Positions 50,401-62,745 are shown, counted from the first letter of the whole stretch. The stretch is DNA of 64,000 bases, filler included, from Octopus bimaculoides (GCF_001194135.2; 5 parts of 4 records of this genome joined end to end with filler, not necessarily neighbours in it); one strand, 5' to 3'. Translations and numbers: made by a program. The notes: generated by a model from the letters alone, not told the origin.

Positions 50401-52071
50401 GAAGATAACTACGGCTTGTTGTTGGGATTGAACTGTAATTATCAATAGCTACCATGCTGATAAACCACGTAGGGAAAACTACTAACAAACTCATTTTGCA
50501 CCAGAGATAATAGATTTAAGAATTTATAATCAGAATGTTTTGTTAGCTTTATATTCATATGTAATTTAGCTGCTGAATTAATTAATTCTGTATTAGAAAA
50601 TACATGCATTCTTGCCATAAAATAGCTGTGAAGATATAATTAACCATGAGAAGGTGTGAAAATCCAGGAATCAAAATATCACACTTAACATTTTCTGTCT
50701 TTCTATGGACTTCGATACAGTCAATGTTGCATGATGTATAGTTAGTTTCAAGACAATATATAACAGAGGATCTCTAGATGTCTTTCTTTTGAGCTTTTCT
50801 TTTCCAGTTAATTCCAGGTATTGGAAATTTTAAGAATGTCCATTGGGGTAACAACGACAAGAGATTATTTGTCTTTTTTATTTCCTACATACCAGCAAGG
50901 ATAGATTTCTTCCAATCTTATTCGCAGAATGATGCTACGAACGTTTCTGCTTTAGACACAAGGCGACTATTTTAGAAGAAGGTAGTTGGTTAGTCGATAC
51001 TATCGATTACAGTACTTGATTAGTATTATATTTTATCGACCCTGAAAGAATGAAAGGTAAATAAAAAAACATCTTTTTTATGCTCTAATGACTACGCCTC
51101 TAACGATTCCGCTAAATCAGTGTGATGCAATAACCAGAACGTGGCTTGCATACATTTTCTGATTCAGGCGCACGATCAGCAACCCTAGAAAAGGGATGTA
51201 AGTTGATAGTAGGGTGGAAGGCACCATGCATTGACATTGTCTTTCAGGTAGTGCGATCGAGTTGGTTAATCTCTGCTTGCGTCAATTTCAGGGTGAATGC
51301 ACTCTAGCGGACTACAGCAACAGCCCATATGTTGATGGCAGTTCCTTGAGTCAAACTCCTCTCGAAGTCAGAACTCAACAGGAGTGGAAATTAACCAACT
51401 CGTTCGCACTACCTGACAAACAATGACAATGTATGGTGCCCTCCACCCTAAGGCGAACGTACACAGGCTTTACATGAAAAGGTGTAAAGATGGGCGTGGG
51501 CTGGTTAGCGTACGGGAGTGCATCAGCAGTGAAAGAAGAAACATGGCAGAATATTTGGTAAATAGCAAACGAGATCTGCTACAGTATGCTACTAATGCAG
51601 AAGGATCTATCAAATATGAACTTGAGAGTGCTAATGAATTCCGATCACGAATAACCAACGAGAGAAAAGAAACTCTACTCCGCATAGAATTACATGGCCC
51701 GTTCCACCGTGAAACTAACCAGGTAGCAACATGGAGGTAGCTCAGCAAGGGTGACCCTAAGAAAAGAAGACTGAAAGCCTAACCATCGCTGCCCAGGATC
51801 AGGCAGTGAACACCAACTGAGTGAAAAGGGATATATACCATACAAATGCAAGGAACCTCTGCATAATGTATGGGAAGAGGGTCGAAAGTCTTGCGTAGAA
51901 AGAGTATAAGCGCAGACACGACAAGGTTCCCCAGAAGTATAGATGCAAGGTAACGAGTGTTTGATACCAACATACACCAGAAAAGGTAATGGGCGAAAAG
52001 GGAAAGGCAAAATCCTCTGGGACTTTGACTTCCAGACAGACAATGTATTAGGACACCGAAGGCCGGATATT

Positions 52072-52285
52072 CTTTTTTACTCTAGGCACAAGTCCCGAAA
52101 TTTTGGGGAAAGGGGGCCAGTCGATTAGATCGATCCCAGTACGCAACTGGTACTTAATTTATCGACCCCGAAAGGATGAAAGGCAAGTCGACCTCGGTGA
52201 AATTTGTACTCAGAACGTAAAGACAGACGAAATACTGCTAAGCATTTCGCCCGGCGTGCTAACGTTTCTGCCAGATCGCCGCTTT
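52072..52285 (-). mobile_element. Full-length SINE family C (3' half of the U6-SINE chimera)
   Basis: Head aaagcggcgatctggcagaaacgttagc through tail cttgtgcctagagtaaaaaag, matching the 13.3-14.4 kb copies. Confidence 0.9.
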
Positions 52286-52289
52286 TTGT

Positions 52290-52342
52290 AAAATATGGAA
52301 CGCTTCACGAATTTGCGTGTCATCCTTGTGCAGAGGCCATGT

Positions 52343-52378
<36 letters not shown>

Positions 52379-52395
52379 ACTGCTGAAGCAAGTAC
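52290..52395 (-). pseudogene. U6: Full-length (106 nt) U6 snRNA retrocopy
   Basis: Minus strand reads GTACTTGCTTCAGCAGTACATATACTAAAATTGGAACGATACAGAGAAGATTAACATGGCCTCTGCACAAGGATGACACGCAAATTCGTGAAGCGTTCCATATTTT. ACAGAGA box intact; the catalytic AGC triad reads AAC; upstream is LINE sequence rather than a U6 promoter. Confidence 0.97.
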
Positions 52396-52783
52396 ACCGA
52401 AGGCCGGATATTGTAACCTTTAGGGGGACACACAAGAGTGCCTAATAATCGACATGAAAGGAAGAGAAAAGATTGATAAATATGGAGACCTGAGAATTGG
52501 GATCGCCAAGGTGTGGCTGCTATGAGAGTCAAACATAAAAGTTGTCTTTCTTGTCATCGGAGCATTGGGTTCAATACAACCTAACCTGAAGAAACATCTG
52601 GAAATTTTAGAAATACCCTACAACCTAGGTGTATTGCAAAAATCGGAATTACTTGGAACTGCACGCATATTGCGTAAAATACTGTCTGTCTGAAGTTCTT
52701 GTGACTTGACAGACAGTACAAACCCCCGGTAGACACAATATCTTCAATCAACATCAGGATACTGGATACTGTGAGACGTCTTA

Positions 52784-52850
<67 letters not shown>

Positions 52851-53554
52851 TTTTCTTTATTAACCACTAAGGGTTCACAAAATCATTGGGGGCGGTACAG
52901 GATAATATGATGTGGGAGCACATAAAAGGCGTGCAAAAAGTAAAAAATAGTAGCATGCTCAGAGTAGGCCCGATCACTCAGACCATTCTTGCAACCTTCA
53001 CCTACCTTTTAACAAGATTGCTGGGAGGTATCATTTCCCTCTCTACCCTCATTTTCCTTTTCAAGAGAGCCATGAAAATGTTGATGAGGGCTTGGCCAAA
53101 GAGGAAAGTATCTGTTTTCAGCCCTAACTCTCGGCGCCGATTTGCTCGACTAAAGGCGGTGCTCCAGCATGGCTGCAGTCAAATGACTGAAACAAGTAAA
53201 AGAATATATATAACAAATACGTGTAACAAAATAGTGAATGGAGCTGCTATACAGATTTACTTCATCCTTCCAATATCTGCCACAAGAACCCTGGTATTAA
53301 GTGATCATTGGTAGTCCCATTTTTTATACTTCCTTGGATATTTCTTTGTCAGATATTTGACTCAGTGTGGCAGAGTATCTGAATTGCTCACTCCCAACGC
53401 TGCTTTATGATTATATTTTCTGTAGACCTTTACTTCGTTATCGTTTAACCCAGTCAGCCTTAATCAAGCAGATCAAAGGCATTCCAAGGTGATAACCCTT
53501 CCATTTTGTTTTTAAAATATTGTGTCTCCAGCAGCTTCGTTGTTACATTTTCAC

Positions 53555-54020
53555 TGGTTGGTGCATGAAAAGGTAACCCGGATTCCGTAGCATAGTGTAA
53601 ATACAGAAATAAATTTACACACATGAAAAAGCACCAGGCCCTTCGTTTGCAAGTGTCATCGTGTTATATCGCCCGCTCTTAACTGCTGAACAAAGATGGC
53701 GCACAAGTCGACTGTTTGCTACGTTATCCTCACCGCATCATCACCACATTAGTTGACTGTAAGATTGCATTGAGTGAACAACTCTAGCCTTTTCTGCTAG
53801 ATGACATACTCAATGGCAGGATGAGTGGAGATTGTGAAAGCGCGTGATAACGGGTACTCTTAAGCAAACGCATGACATTTTTGAAGTCAAATTTCCGGGT
53901 AAAAGCTTCCCGGCAAAAAACAACAATACAAATGTTAGTTAAGAAGTGGCGCGCCATGGGGTCAGTGCACACCGTCCCAAAAGAAAGAGATTCTACAGTT
54001 CGAACGCCAGAACATTCACC
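53555..54020 (+). mobile_element. Tc1/mariner-type transposase N-terminal remnant (DUF4817-like HTH)
   Basis: MTYSMAG*VEIVKA...TLKQTHDIFEVKFPGKSFPAKTTIQMLVKKWRAMGSVHTVPKERDSTVRTPE (frameshifted). Confidence 0.6.
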
Positions 54021-54629
54021 AAAAGATTACTTGAAGTTGAAAGAAGTCAATATGTAAATTGGCGTTACAGTCTCACATAAGTTGAAGCCATATCATTTCA
54101 CATGTGTACAACAACTGAAGCCTATTATATAGGGCTAACCTACAAACAATTATTGAAATACACGTCAACATGTACATTCTCAATGTAATGACTTGTTCTT
54201 TATACACTTAAGCCAATGTCGCGACCAGCTGTGCATTCCACAAAGACGAATTTTTTCAGTAATTTATGAGAACGAGTAAATGGATGTTTATAAAGAATCC
54301 TCGTCTTTGTCTTAGCTTTTGTTTTTCTTGAACTGATACTTATTACAATGCTCTCTGAAATCACATGACTATTCGCTTCCTGACCTTCCTTTATTAAGAC
54401 AGCCTGACGTTATATGAGAAAGATTTGGCTGTTAAATCTAACACATTAAGTGACCACGTAGAAGCTTCCACATTCAAAGATCACAATCTGCAGGGACATG
54501 GCTAATGAGAAGCACTGGCATAAGGGTTGCTAAATATTTCAGAAAATCATGTTTGAAAGCGAAACGTAGGCGTCCAGGATTTTTCAGTTCCCACAAATAA
54601 CTGGAAAATGTGACTTGAGTTGATTTCAT

Positions 54630-55050
54630 GCATGTTTCTGAGCTAGATTGCCATAAACAAATGACAAAATCTAGTTGTGTGGTCTGATTAAAAAAAAAGA
54701 ATCTAGGAAATTATAGAAGACGATCAAGAGAGGAAGAGGAACATATATCAGATATTGGTAGAGGATTACCGCAATAAAGGAGTTTTGCCGGCGGAAGTTG
54801 ATAATCGAACGTTTGTAGATCGTACTCTGAGTATGACCTATGGAACTTTGGAATTTCAGGAGCTCGTAGAAGAGCTATCAAGAACAACGTAGAGTCTGTT
54901 GAAAAAAGTGTCTAGATGGCTCTGGATGAAAAGCGCTTATCGACAGGGCCAGTAGAATGCCGCTTGAGCACTGGCCTAGGTCTTGATCAACCAAGGTTGG
55001 GTCACCTGGATGAAGGTTATATGTTATAAGACCCAAAACATCCAGTAACT
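54630..55050 (+). mobile_element. HERO-like RLE non-LTR retrotransposon 3' end
   Basis: QERKRNIYQILVEDYRNKG..PAEVDNRTF...GISGARRRAIKNNVESVEK.SRWLWMK, followed by UTR-like gggtcacctggatgaagg...aaagacccaaaacatcc. Confidence 0.6.
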
Positions 55051-55429
55051 TCAGGATAAAATACTAATAATGTGTCCAAGCACTGCATCCATAAATGTCT
55101 GTTGAGCTAGATATCTAAATGTCTGTGCTTATAAGAAAACAGGAGCTACTCGTGAAAAAGAAATTTGCGAATATGAGGGTTTCAGTGAGTAATGTAAGAA
55201 TGGGGACGGGAATCACTACTGATGGACTTATTGTTTGCCTCCTTCTCAATCCTCATTGAGAAGGATCTATGGTTAAAGACGTTCCAACCGTGGCCAACTC
55301 GTCTATTTTCAGACAATATAGGATTGCATTTTTTTGTTCTTTCGTCAATATTGTATATCGCACGCACACACATACACACTTGTGTAGTTATTTGTAGAAA
55401 ATGAAGAACGCGCAGGGATAACAATAAAG

Positions 55430-55575
55430 CTACATGCACTAACGCAGCTGGACGTAGGGCGGCATGGTCGTTCCGCCACGTTTGGGTCTGCTGTAAAAAT
55501 ATGTTTTTTTGTGGGGTCTGGGGCGGCAAACGGAAGGGGCGCCCCGGGCGGCACACACTCTAGCTACGCTAGTGG
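55430..55575. mobile_element. GC-rich end of a non-autonomous hAT-like element
   Basis: gggcgccccgggcggcacacactctagctacgctagtg resembles the reverse complement of a CAGTGGCGTAGCTAG-type TIR; the partner end was not found. Confidence 0.4.
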
Positions 55576-56534
55576 CTACATGTATCATTTTCCTTTTATT
55601 TCCCACGCTCTGCCAGAAAGGTGGTCCTTTTCCGGTCTAAGTGGCACTAGAATTCAAAGTAATCAAATAGCCCATATTTTTTAAAAAAGGCTAAGTATAG
55701 GTTTGAAAATGGACAGTAGATACACGAAGAGAATATTATCAAGTTTCTAAAAACAAAAACAAAAACAACAAAAAAAAGCAAAGAAAGAATTATATATAAT
55801 AAATGGCATAGGTATGTTTGTGTTTGTAAAATGAATCACGTGATTCATGTGTCGCAGAAAAATAGTGATATTTGTGTGTGTGTGTGTGTGTGTGTGCTCG
55901 TGTATTAAAGTTCCCCTTAGTTCATATGTAGTGTAAACAAGAAAAACTGCTGAGAAAATAGAAAATATTGAGAAAAGAAAATAACACACATGGTTGTAAC
56001 TTTGGGATGTACGGCAAATTTCTCTCTCATTCAGCTTAACATACCTTTTTATTATAAACAGCTGACAACGTGAGTGAACGAAAAGCTGATTTTGAGCTGC
56101 ATATTGCCTTTGCTATATCCTGGCTGAAACGAGAGTGCAAATAAAGCAGTTTGGTCATGACTGCCGAGTATTGATTACAAAAGTACAAAAATGTAAGCTC
56201 TGTTGGGTTCAGCTTTATATACCTAAAATGGTCCAGTAATTGGTTGATAAAATTAGCGAAAAAGAGTGTTTATATTTCATAGCAGTATATTTCATAGCAG
56301 TATATTTCATAGCAGTAATTGTTTTCACCTCAATAGACGTCAGTGATTGGTTGAAATTACCGAAATACGACAATTTTTTGCATGAAATAACTTCGAATAC
56401 AAAATTTTTTATCTGTTCTATAACACAAAATATACAAGTATACGAAGTTTGAAAGTGTTTCGGTACCAAAAACACTACTTAAAACATAAATGAAAAGTGG
56501 TGCCCGTCAATTCAGAAAGATCCGAGTGAAAAAC

Positions 56535-56932
56535 CAAAGCGCCATCTTCCTGCATGAAGTCGCTACACATATATACAAATAATTGAAATACATTTGTAAT
56601 ACATTTATAGTTTAGTGGCGCCTAATACCAGTCGCCATTTTGGAGGTTTATCCACGCATGCGCAGGGACTAGTCTTCCGGGAGGAATGCAGGAAGTCCCT
56701 AATGCGCATGCGTGGTCATCCAATATCCAAGCGTTCTCGCGTCTCTCTACCTCTTTTGCTCGCTGGACTTCGTGGAAGCTAGACTTCACAACAGCAGCTC
56801 TCCGTCGACTCTGCAATGGATCCACATAGATAACCAGAGAGGAGAAAAATGACTTCTAACCACGCGACTTCATTGACGGCGTCTCATCTAACCAAAAGGC
56901 GACATGCTACCGAATCCCCTCCTAGTGTGAGC
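56535..56932. promoter_or_regulatory. Housekeeping-type, possibly bidirectional promoter motif cluster with a candidate first exon
   Basis: YY1-like GCCATCTT (56541) and CGCCATTTTG (56633); NRF1-like ACGCATGCGCA (56654) and TGCGCATGCG (56703); ETS-like CTTCCGG (56674) and CAGGAAGT (56689); CCAAT (56720); locally CpG-rich. Confidence 0.45.
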
Positions 56933-57667
56933 GGAATTCTTCTGTAATAAAATATTTGTTGTGCTGTTTAGTTTAGAGTCTGCATTCCGTTTTCTTCCTT
57001 AAGAAATTTAATGTACGGAATTGGGATACACAGGATGGTGTATGTCCACTTCCCTACAATAGCATAGAGAAATCTAAGAAGAAATGTTAACTTTTAATGG
57101 AGGATAAATATTTAGGTGACATATCATCTCTCTCCGAAGAAGGATTAAGCCCGGAGTGTTAGACTTTTTCACGGTATTATATTATTGAACGAAGTGGATC
57201 TTTTCTGTTTGATTGCCAGCGTAAATTTTCTGCTCGAATTGATCAGCGTAATGATACACTTTTATAGGCTAATTAATGACGTGAAAGTAATTTTCGCTAT
57301 AAATCAATAAATAAAGAGTTATTAATAATTAAAGTTAGAACATTTTGGTAATTTTAGCCAATCGTAAGCCACAGACACATTCATGTCTGTTTCGATTGTA
57401 ACATGCGGAAACAGTAAGAACTCTTTTGCCTGTTGCTATAGTAACAGCCGTTGAAAAGTCTTTTATTTGTGAGAAGTACGTGTTGACAGCAGTCTTTGAA
57501 AAGTCTTTCATCTGCGAGGAAGCATGTTGATAAATATTTGTTTACTCGTTTCTTTTTGCCATTGAGTATTGAGGTGGTAGTGAGGTGTGCCAAAAATAAC
57601 AGCTAAATAAGATTTTTTGGATAAATCTTTTAAATTAAAGTTTATTCAGGTGTACTAAAAATAACAG

Positions 57668-57830
57668 CGTAAGAGTGGCTGTGTGGTAAGTAGCTTGCTT
57701 ACCAACCACATGGTCCTGGGTTCAGTCCCACTGCGTGGCATCTTGGGCAAGTGTCTTCTACTATAGCCTCGGGCCGACCAATGCCTTGTGAGTGGATTTG
57801 GTAGACGGAAACTGAAAGAAGCTTGTCGTA
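57668..57830 (+). mobile_element. SINE family A, 5' half
   Basis: gcgtaagagtggctgtgtggtaagtagcttgcttaccaaccacatggtcctgggttcagtcccactgcgtggcatcttgggcaagtgtc... Confidence 0.85.
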
Positions 57831-57838
57831 TATATGTA

Positions 57839-57869
<31 letters not shown>

Positions 57870-58087
57870 GTTTGTATGTNNNNNNNNNNNNNNNNNNNNN
57901 NNNNNNNNNNNNNNNNNNNNNNNTTAATTAATTAANNNNNNNNNNNNNNNNNNNNNNNNNNNNNNNNNNNNNNNNNNNNTATATATATATATATATGTAT
58001 GTATATAATATATATATATATATGTATATGATATATAGATACATATTATATGCATATAATATATATATATGTATATAATATAATATA

Positions 58088-58119
<32 letters not shown>

Positions 58120-58514
58120 ATGTATATATGTGTTTGCATATAATATACTTGTCTCTGTATATATACATACATAGAGACATACTTGCATGTTCACACACAC
58201 ACGCGCACGCACGCACACACACACACACACACACATTCCTATACAACCATATGTTTGGATAGATATTGTTGTATGTCTCTTTGTAACTATTTTCTTTTTG
58301 TAGATGTGTATTCACGTCTGAACATTGCGTCATATTTTGAGATATTATTATAATATTTTCTTACCTTACATTCATGCACAGGCAAACTGATGTTTGCGTC
58401 TGTATAGTCAACGCATATACACGCGCACACAAATATACATACATGCATGCATACATACATACATACATGCATACATGCATGCATACATATATACATATAT
58501 ACATACACACTCAT

Positions 58515-58549
<35 letters not shown>

Positions 58550-59144
58550 NNNNNNNNNNNNNNNNNNNNNNNNNNNNNNNNNNNNNNNNNNNNNNNNNNN
58601 NNNNNNNNNNNNNNNNNNNNNNNNNNNNNNNNNNNNNNNNNNNNNNNNNNNNNNNNNNNNNNNNNNNNNNNNNNNNNNNNNNNNNNNNNNNNNNNNNNNN
58701 NNNNNNNNNNNNNNNNNNNNNNNNNNNNNNNNNNNNNNNNNNNNNNNNNNNNNNNNNNNNNNNNNNNNNNNNNNNNNNNNNNNNNNNNNNNNNNNNNNNN
58801 NNNNNNNNNNNNNNNNNNNNNNNNNNNNNNNNNNNNNNNNNNNNNNNNNNNNNNNNNNNNNNNNNNNNNNNNNNNNNNNNNNNNNNNNNNNNNNNNNNNN
58901 NNNNNNNNNNNNNNNNNNNNNNNNNNNNNNNNNNNNNNNNNNNNNNNNNNNNNNNNNNNNNNNNNNNNNNNNNNNNNNNNNNNNNNNNNNNNNNNNNNNN
59001 NNNNNNNNNNNNNNNNNNNNNNNNNNNNNNNNNNNNNNNNNNNNNNNNNNNNNNNNNNNNNNNNNNNNNNNNNNNNNNNNNNNNNNNNNNNNNNNNNNNN
59101 NNNNNNNNNNNNNNNNNNNNNNNNNNNNNNNNNNNNNNNNNNNN

Positions 59145-59730
59145 CAAGACAAAAGGAAGACGGTGGAAAAAATAGCCAAAAATTCACATGTACTTACAAT
59201 GACTAGTTGGTTTTTGTTGCATGCGGAACCCATGGTCCATACTTCTGAACTTTTCCCATCGAGTGAAGATGCTTCTCTATAGCAGTGTGGGAACATTCCA
59301 TTTTCTCTGTCAGTTCCCTTGACGTTTGACGAGAATTTTCGTGCAAAAGTTGGTTTAATCGCCCTTTATCGAACTCAACTGGACGACTAGAACGAGGTGC
59401 GTCTATGAGGTCAACATTTCTATTTTTGAACTTGGCATACCAATCACGAGCGATTCTTTCAGCTATAGCAGCCTCACCCTACAGAGCCCAAATGTCGCGA
59501 GCAGCTTTTGCGGCCTTAGAACCTTGATTAACAGCAAAAAGGAGGATGTTTTGAAAATGCTCGTTTTTCTTAGCTTGACATTCCATTTTAATGATCTGAA
59601 GATAAACAAAAATTAACTAAAATAAACTAGAAACAAAAAAAACAAAATAGATTCAAAAATAGAATTCTCCAAAATATAGATTCCAAAATTTAAAAAAACC
59701 GCGGTAACTTAGTTGCTAACCCAATATATA
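59145..59730 (-). mobile_element. Mariner 5' part (TIR and HTH domain), cut by gaps
   Basis: TIR tattgggttagcaactaag (59710-59728); peptide FEHFQNILLFAVNQGSKAAKAARDI...ARDWYAKFKN...DAPRSSRP...RQTSRELTEKM...MGKVQKYGPWVPHA. Confidence 0.85.
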
Positions 59731-60403
59731 TATANNNNNNNNNNNNNNNNNNNNNNNNNNNNNNNNNNNNNNNNNNNNNNNNNNNNNNNNNNNNNNNNNN
59801 NNNNNNNNNNNNNNNNNNNNNNNNNNNNNNNNNNNNNNNNNNNNNNNNNNNNNNNNNNNNNNNNNNNNNNNNNNNNNNNNNNNNNNNNNNNNNNNNNNNN
59901 NNNNNNNNNNNNNNNNNNNNNNGTGTGTGTATTTATATATGTATATCCTTTATATATGTATAATTTTATATCAAACACTTATATACGTAGGTACGTACAC
60001 ACATTCCTGTGTAAATATATTTGTATACAAATTCCCATAAACATATGTTTATATTATTCCAGAATTACCCTTAACAGAATTTCGCTTACAATGATTGTTT
60101 CGTTCCCATTAAGTATAGTGAGGAGGTATCGAACTCAGTAGATTTTGTTTTATAAGTTCATAATTGCGTAATTATTTCTCTACATATGTTTCCTAAAAGG
60201 TAGTAACAAAATTTTGGGTATGTCGTGTAACCTGTTGTTTGAAAGATATATAAGCAGTTAAATAGATATGTGAATTTTTTTTAGATGGATTTCAGAGATA
60301 CCTAACCAACGAAGATGGATGGATCGATAGTTGGATGAACGAAAAAGTCAGATTGGATTTTTGATAAATATCAGAGGAAAGAACGTTACGCGTATGCTAG
60401 CAT

Positions 60404-60551
<148 letters not shown>

Positions 60552-60977
60552 TATATATATATATATGTATATATATACATGCGTGCGCGGAGGAGTATAT
60601 GTCCACATATATGTAATACATGTGTACATAAAGACATAAAGATTAGCAGATCTAAGCAAATCAAGGGAGGAATATAGTAAAACAAACATTTATACATACA
60701 AATACAGTAAAAGCTTATTTACTGTTGTGTGTGTCTAAAGAAACGCACGCGTATATGCTGTATGTGTGCGTGTGCGTGTGTTGTGCGTGTGAATAGATTG
60801 CATGCGTAAATTACGGCTAAAAATTTTGTCCCAGTTTTCTGTTCCACACGGCGGTATCTGTGAGAAGTTCTGGCTGGACGAATTTATAGTGAATTTGGGA
60901 ATGAACCTCAGGGACGGGAATTGTGCGGAAACGTTTTACTTCTGTATTATATGTGTTTGTGAGAGTGAGTGTTCATT

Positions 60978-61071
<94 letters not shown>

Positions 61072-61464
61072 TACAGTTTCACGTTAGTTGTTGGAGTATT
61101 TAAGCATCAATAAATTAGCGTTTCAATTGAAATAGTAGCACAGGAAGAGCATCAAGCTTAATGTAATTACTCGGTCAATTTGATCGCCAAAGTCTTTGAA
61201 GATGATGCACCAGTGTGCCGGCATGCCATTGACTGGAACAAGAAAAAGAGTAAAGAATACATACATACAAGCATGAATGTATGCATGCATCCATCCGTTC
61301 ATCCATCAATCCATCATCCATCGATCCACCCATCCATCCATCCCTCCATCCATCTATCCATCCATATATACATACATGCACACACATACACAACACACAT
61401 GCATACATATATATATTATACATACATACATACATACATACATACTTTCATACATACATACATA

Positions 61465-61920
61465 CATGATGGCTGCCCCCTCGTTATCGAGTATGGCCAT
61501 TGCACGAAGCTTGACCTAACGGTGCTATGATCGAATGTAACTTTTTTAGCCCAGCCATAGATCTACAATGTTTTGCACAGAGTTGGCATCTAAAACCTTT
61601 ACTGGCAATAGCTGGCTGTTGTTGTAATTGGGCTCCATGTACCTTTGCGTGTCGTTTAAGTCCTCCTGCTAAATCACACTCCCTTCCAAATTTCCGACAG
61701 ACACGATTAGTATGGTGTGTAGCATCATCACCAGCGGCCTGGTAGTCAATCATCGGTCTTGCTTTATGACTACGAAGATGACTCATAAGTCCAGCTTTAC
61801 ATACATACGTACATACATACATACATACATACATACATACATGCATATTGGCCAAAATCTGACAGAAGAGAGATCTAAAATCATGTACACAAACCACTGC
61901 TGCCATCGTTAAATTCTTAA
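61465..61920 (-). mobile_element. RTE-type LINE 3' end with degenerate C2H2-like fingers
   Basis: CK..AGLMSHLRSH, CRKFGRECDLAGGLKRHAKVH and CQLCAKHCRSMAGLK, followed directly by ggccatactcgataacgagggggcagccatcatgtatg, an RTE-like 3' terminus and tail. Confidence 0.65.
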
Positions 61921-62299
61921 GTCTCACAATATGTATCTAAGTAACTAAAGACAACTGTTATAAGCAACAAAGAAACATTCTGAAAGCACAGTGCATAGTA
62001 AGCTTTTCTACTTTTTTGAAACTATCGTTAAGCAAAATGCCATTATTAACAAGATTAAGAAAAATCCTACAGCTCCAATGTTGAAATGTATCGAGGATGT
62101 TGCGGGAGAGCATATGGAAATATCTGATGTTAATTACTAGAATATTAATACCTTCACATTCACAGCTGCCTTCTCTCTTAAAGAACACCTAGGAGAAATC
62201 TGCAGTATACATTTTAATAAAACTATTAAACGGAAGCTATCTAGATGGGGAGAAAAAATCTTGAGGAAAACATCAAAAATTTACGCCGCCATATTGCAT

Positions 62300-62670
62300 G
62301 AGGACCCACGATATTAAAATGTAAGCGGAAGTCTTCCTGTACTTCTGTTCATTTTGGTGTTAAATCCTTTATTATTTCTGTTACAAAGCAACTGCTAGAA
62401 ATACTAATGTAACCTATAATTTCTTTGTGGATGACCTCAAGATTTGTGCTAAAACTGTTAGCTATACAAAAAAAGGAAGAAAACAAAACGAAAGAAAAAA
62501 CATATTAACAAAATTTTCTCCTCTCTTACACAAAGAATGCTACAATTTTTAGGCATTGATGGAAACCTATCTCGAGAAGGTGCTGCGAATAAAGATAAAG
62601 CGAACCGAGAATATTATGCCAGCCTAGAAAAAATATGGCAGTCGAAACTCTCCTCTTAGAACAGGATATA
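62300..62670 (+). mobile_element. Degenerate Dong/R4-like RT fragment
   Basis: SLPVLLFILVLNPLLFLL...YNFFVDDLKICAK...EYYASLEKIWQSKLSS. Confidence 0.55.
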
Positions 62671-62679
62671 TAAGGTGTG

Positions 62680-62745
<66 letters not shown>

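Larger units (their letters stand above)
51210..52785 (+). mobile_element. 5'-truncated, 5'-inverted Dong-type LINE carrying the U6-SINE insertion
   Basis: TMYGALHPKANVHRLYMKR...GRGLVSV, ILWDFDFQTDNVLGHRRPDI and VIGALGS...ELLGTARILRKILSV*, then a UTR and (TAA)n at 52786-52850; 51210-51375 encodes upstream Dong sequence on the minus strand. Confidence 0.85.

Noticed and set aside
52290-52395. Functional U6 snRNA gene
   Set aside because: The AGC catalytic triad is mutated to AAC, there are further transitions, no upstream snRNA promoter is present, and it lies inside a TSD-flanked insertion; called as a retrocopy.
56277-56318. Three copies of tttcatagcagtata and similar short tandem duplications (e.g. 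650-715, 17518-17585)
   Set aside because: Ordinary slippage duplications with no further structure.
56498-56514. gtggtgcccgtcaattc resembling an 18S rRNA conserved segment
   Set aside because: Only 17 nt, needs a 4-nt deletion to match, and the flanks are not rRNA-like; consistent with chance.
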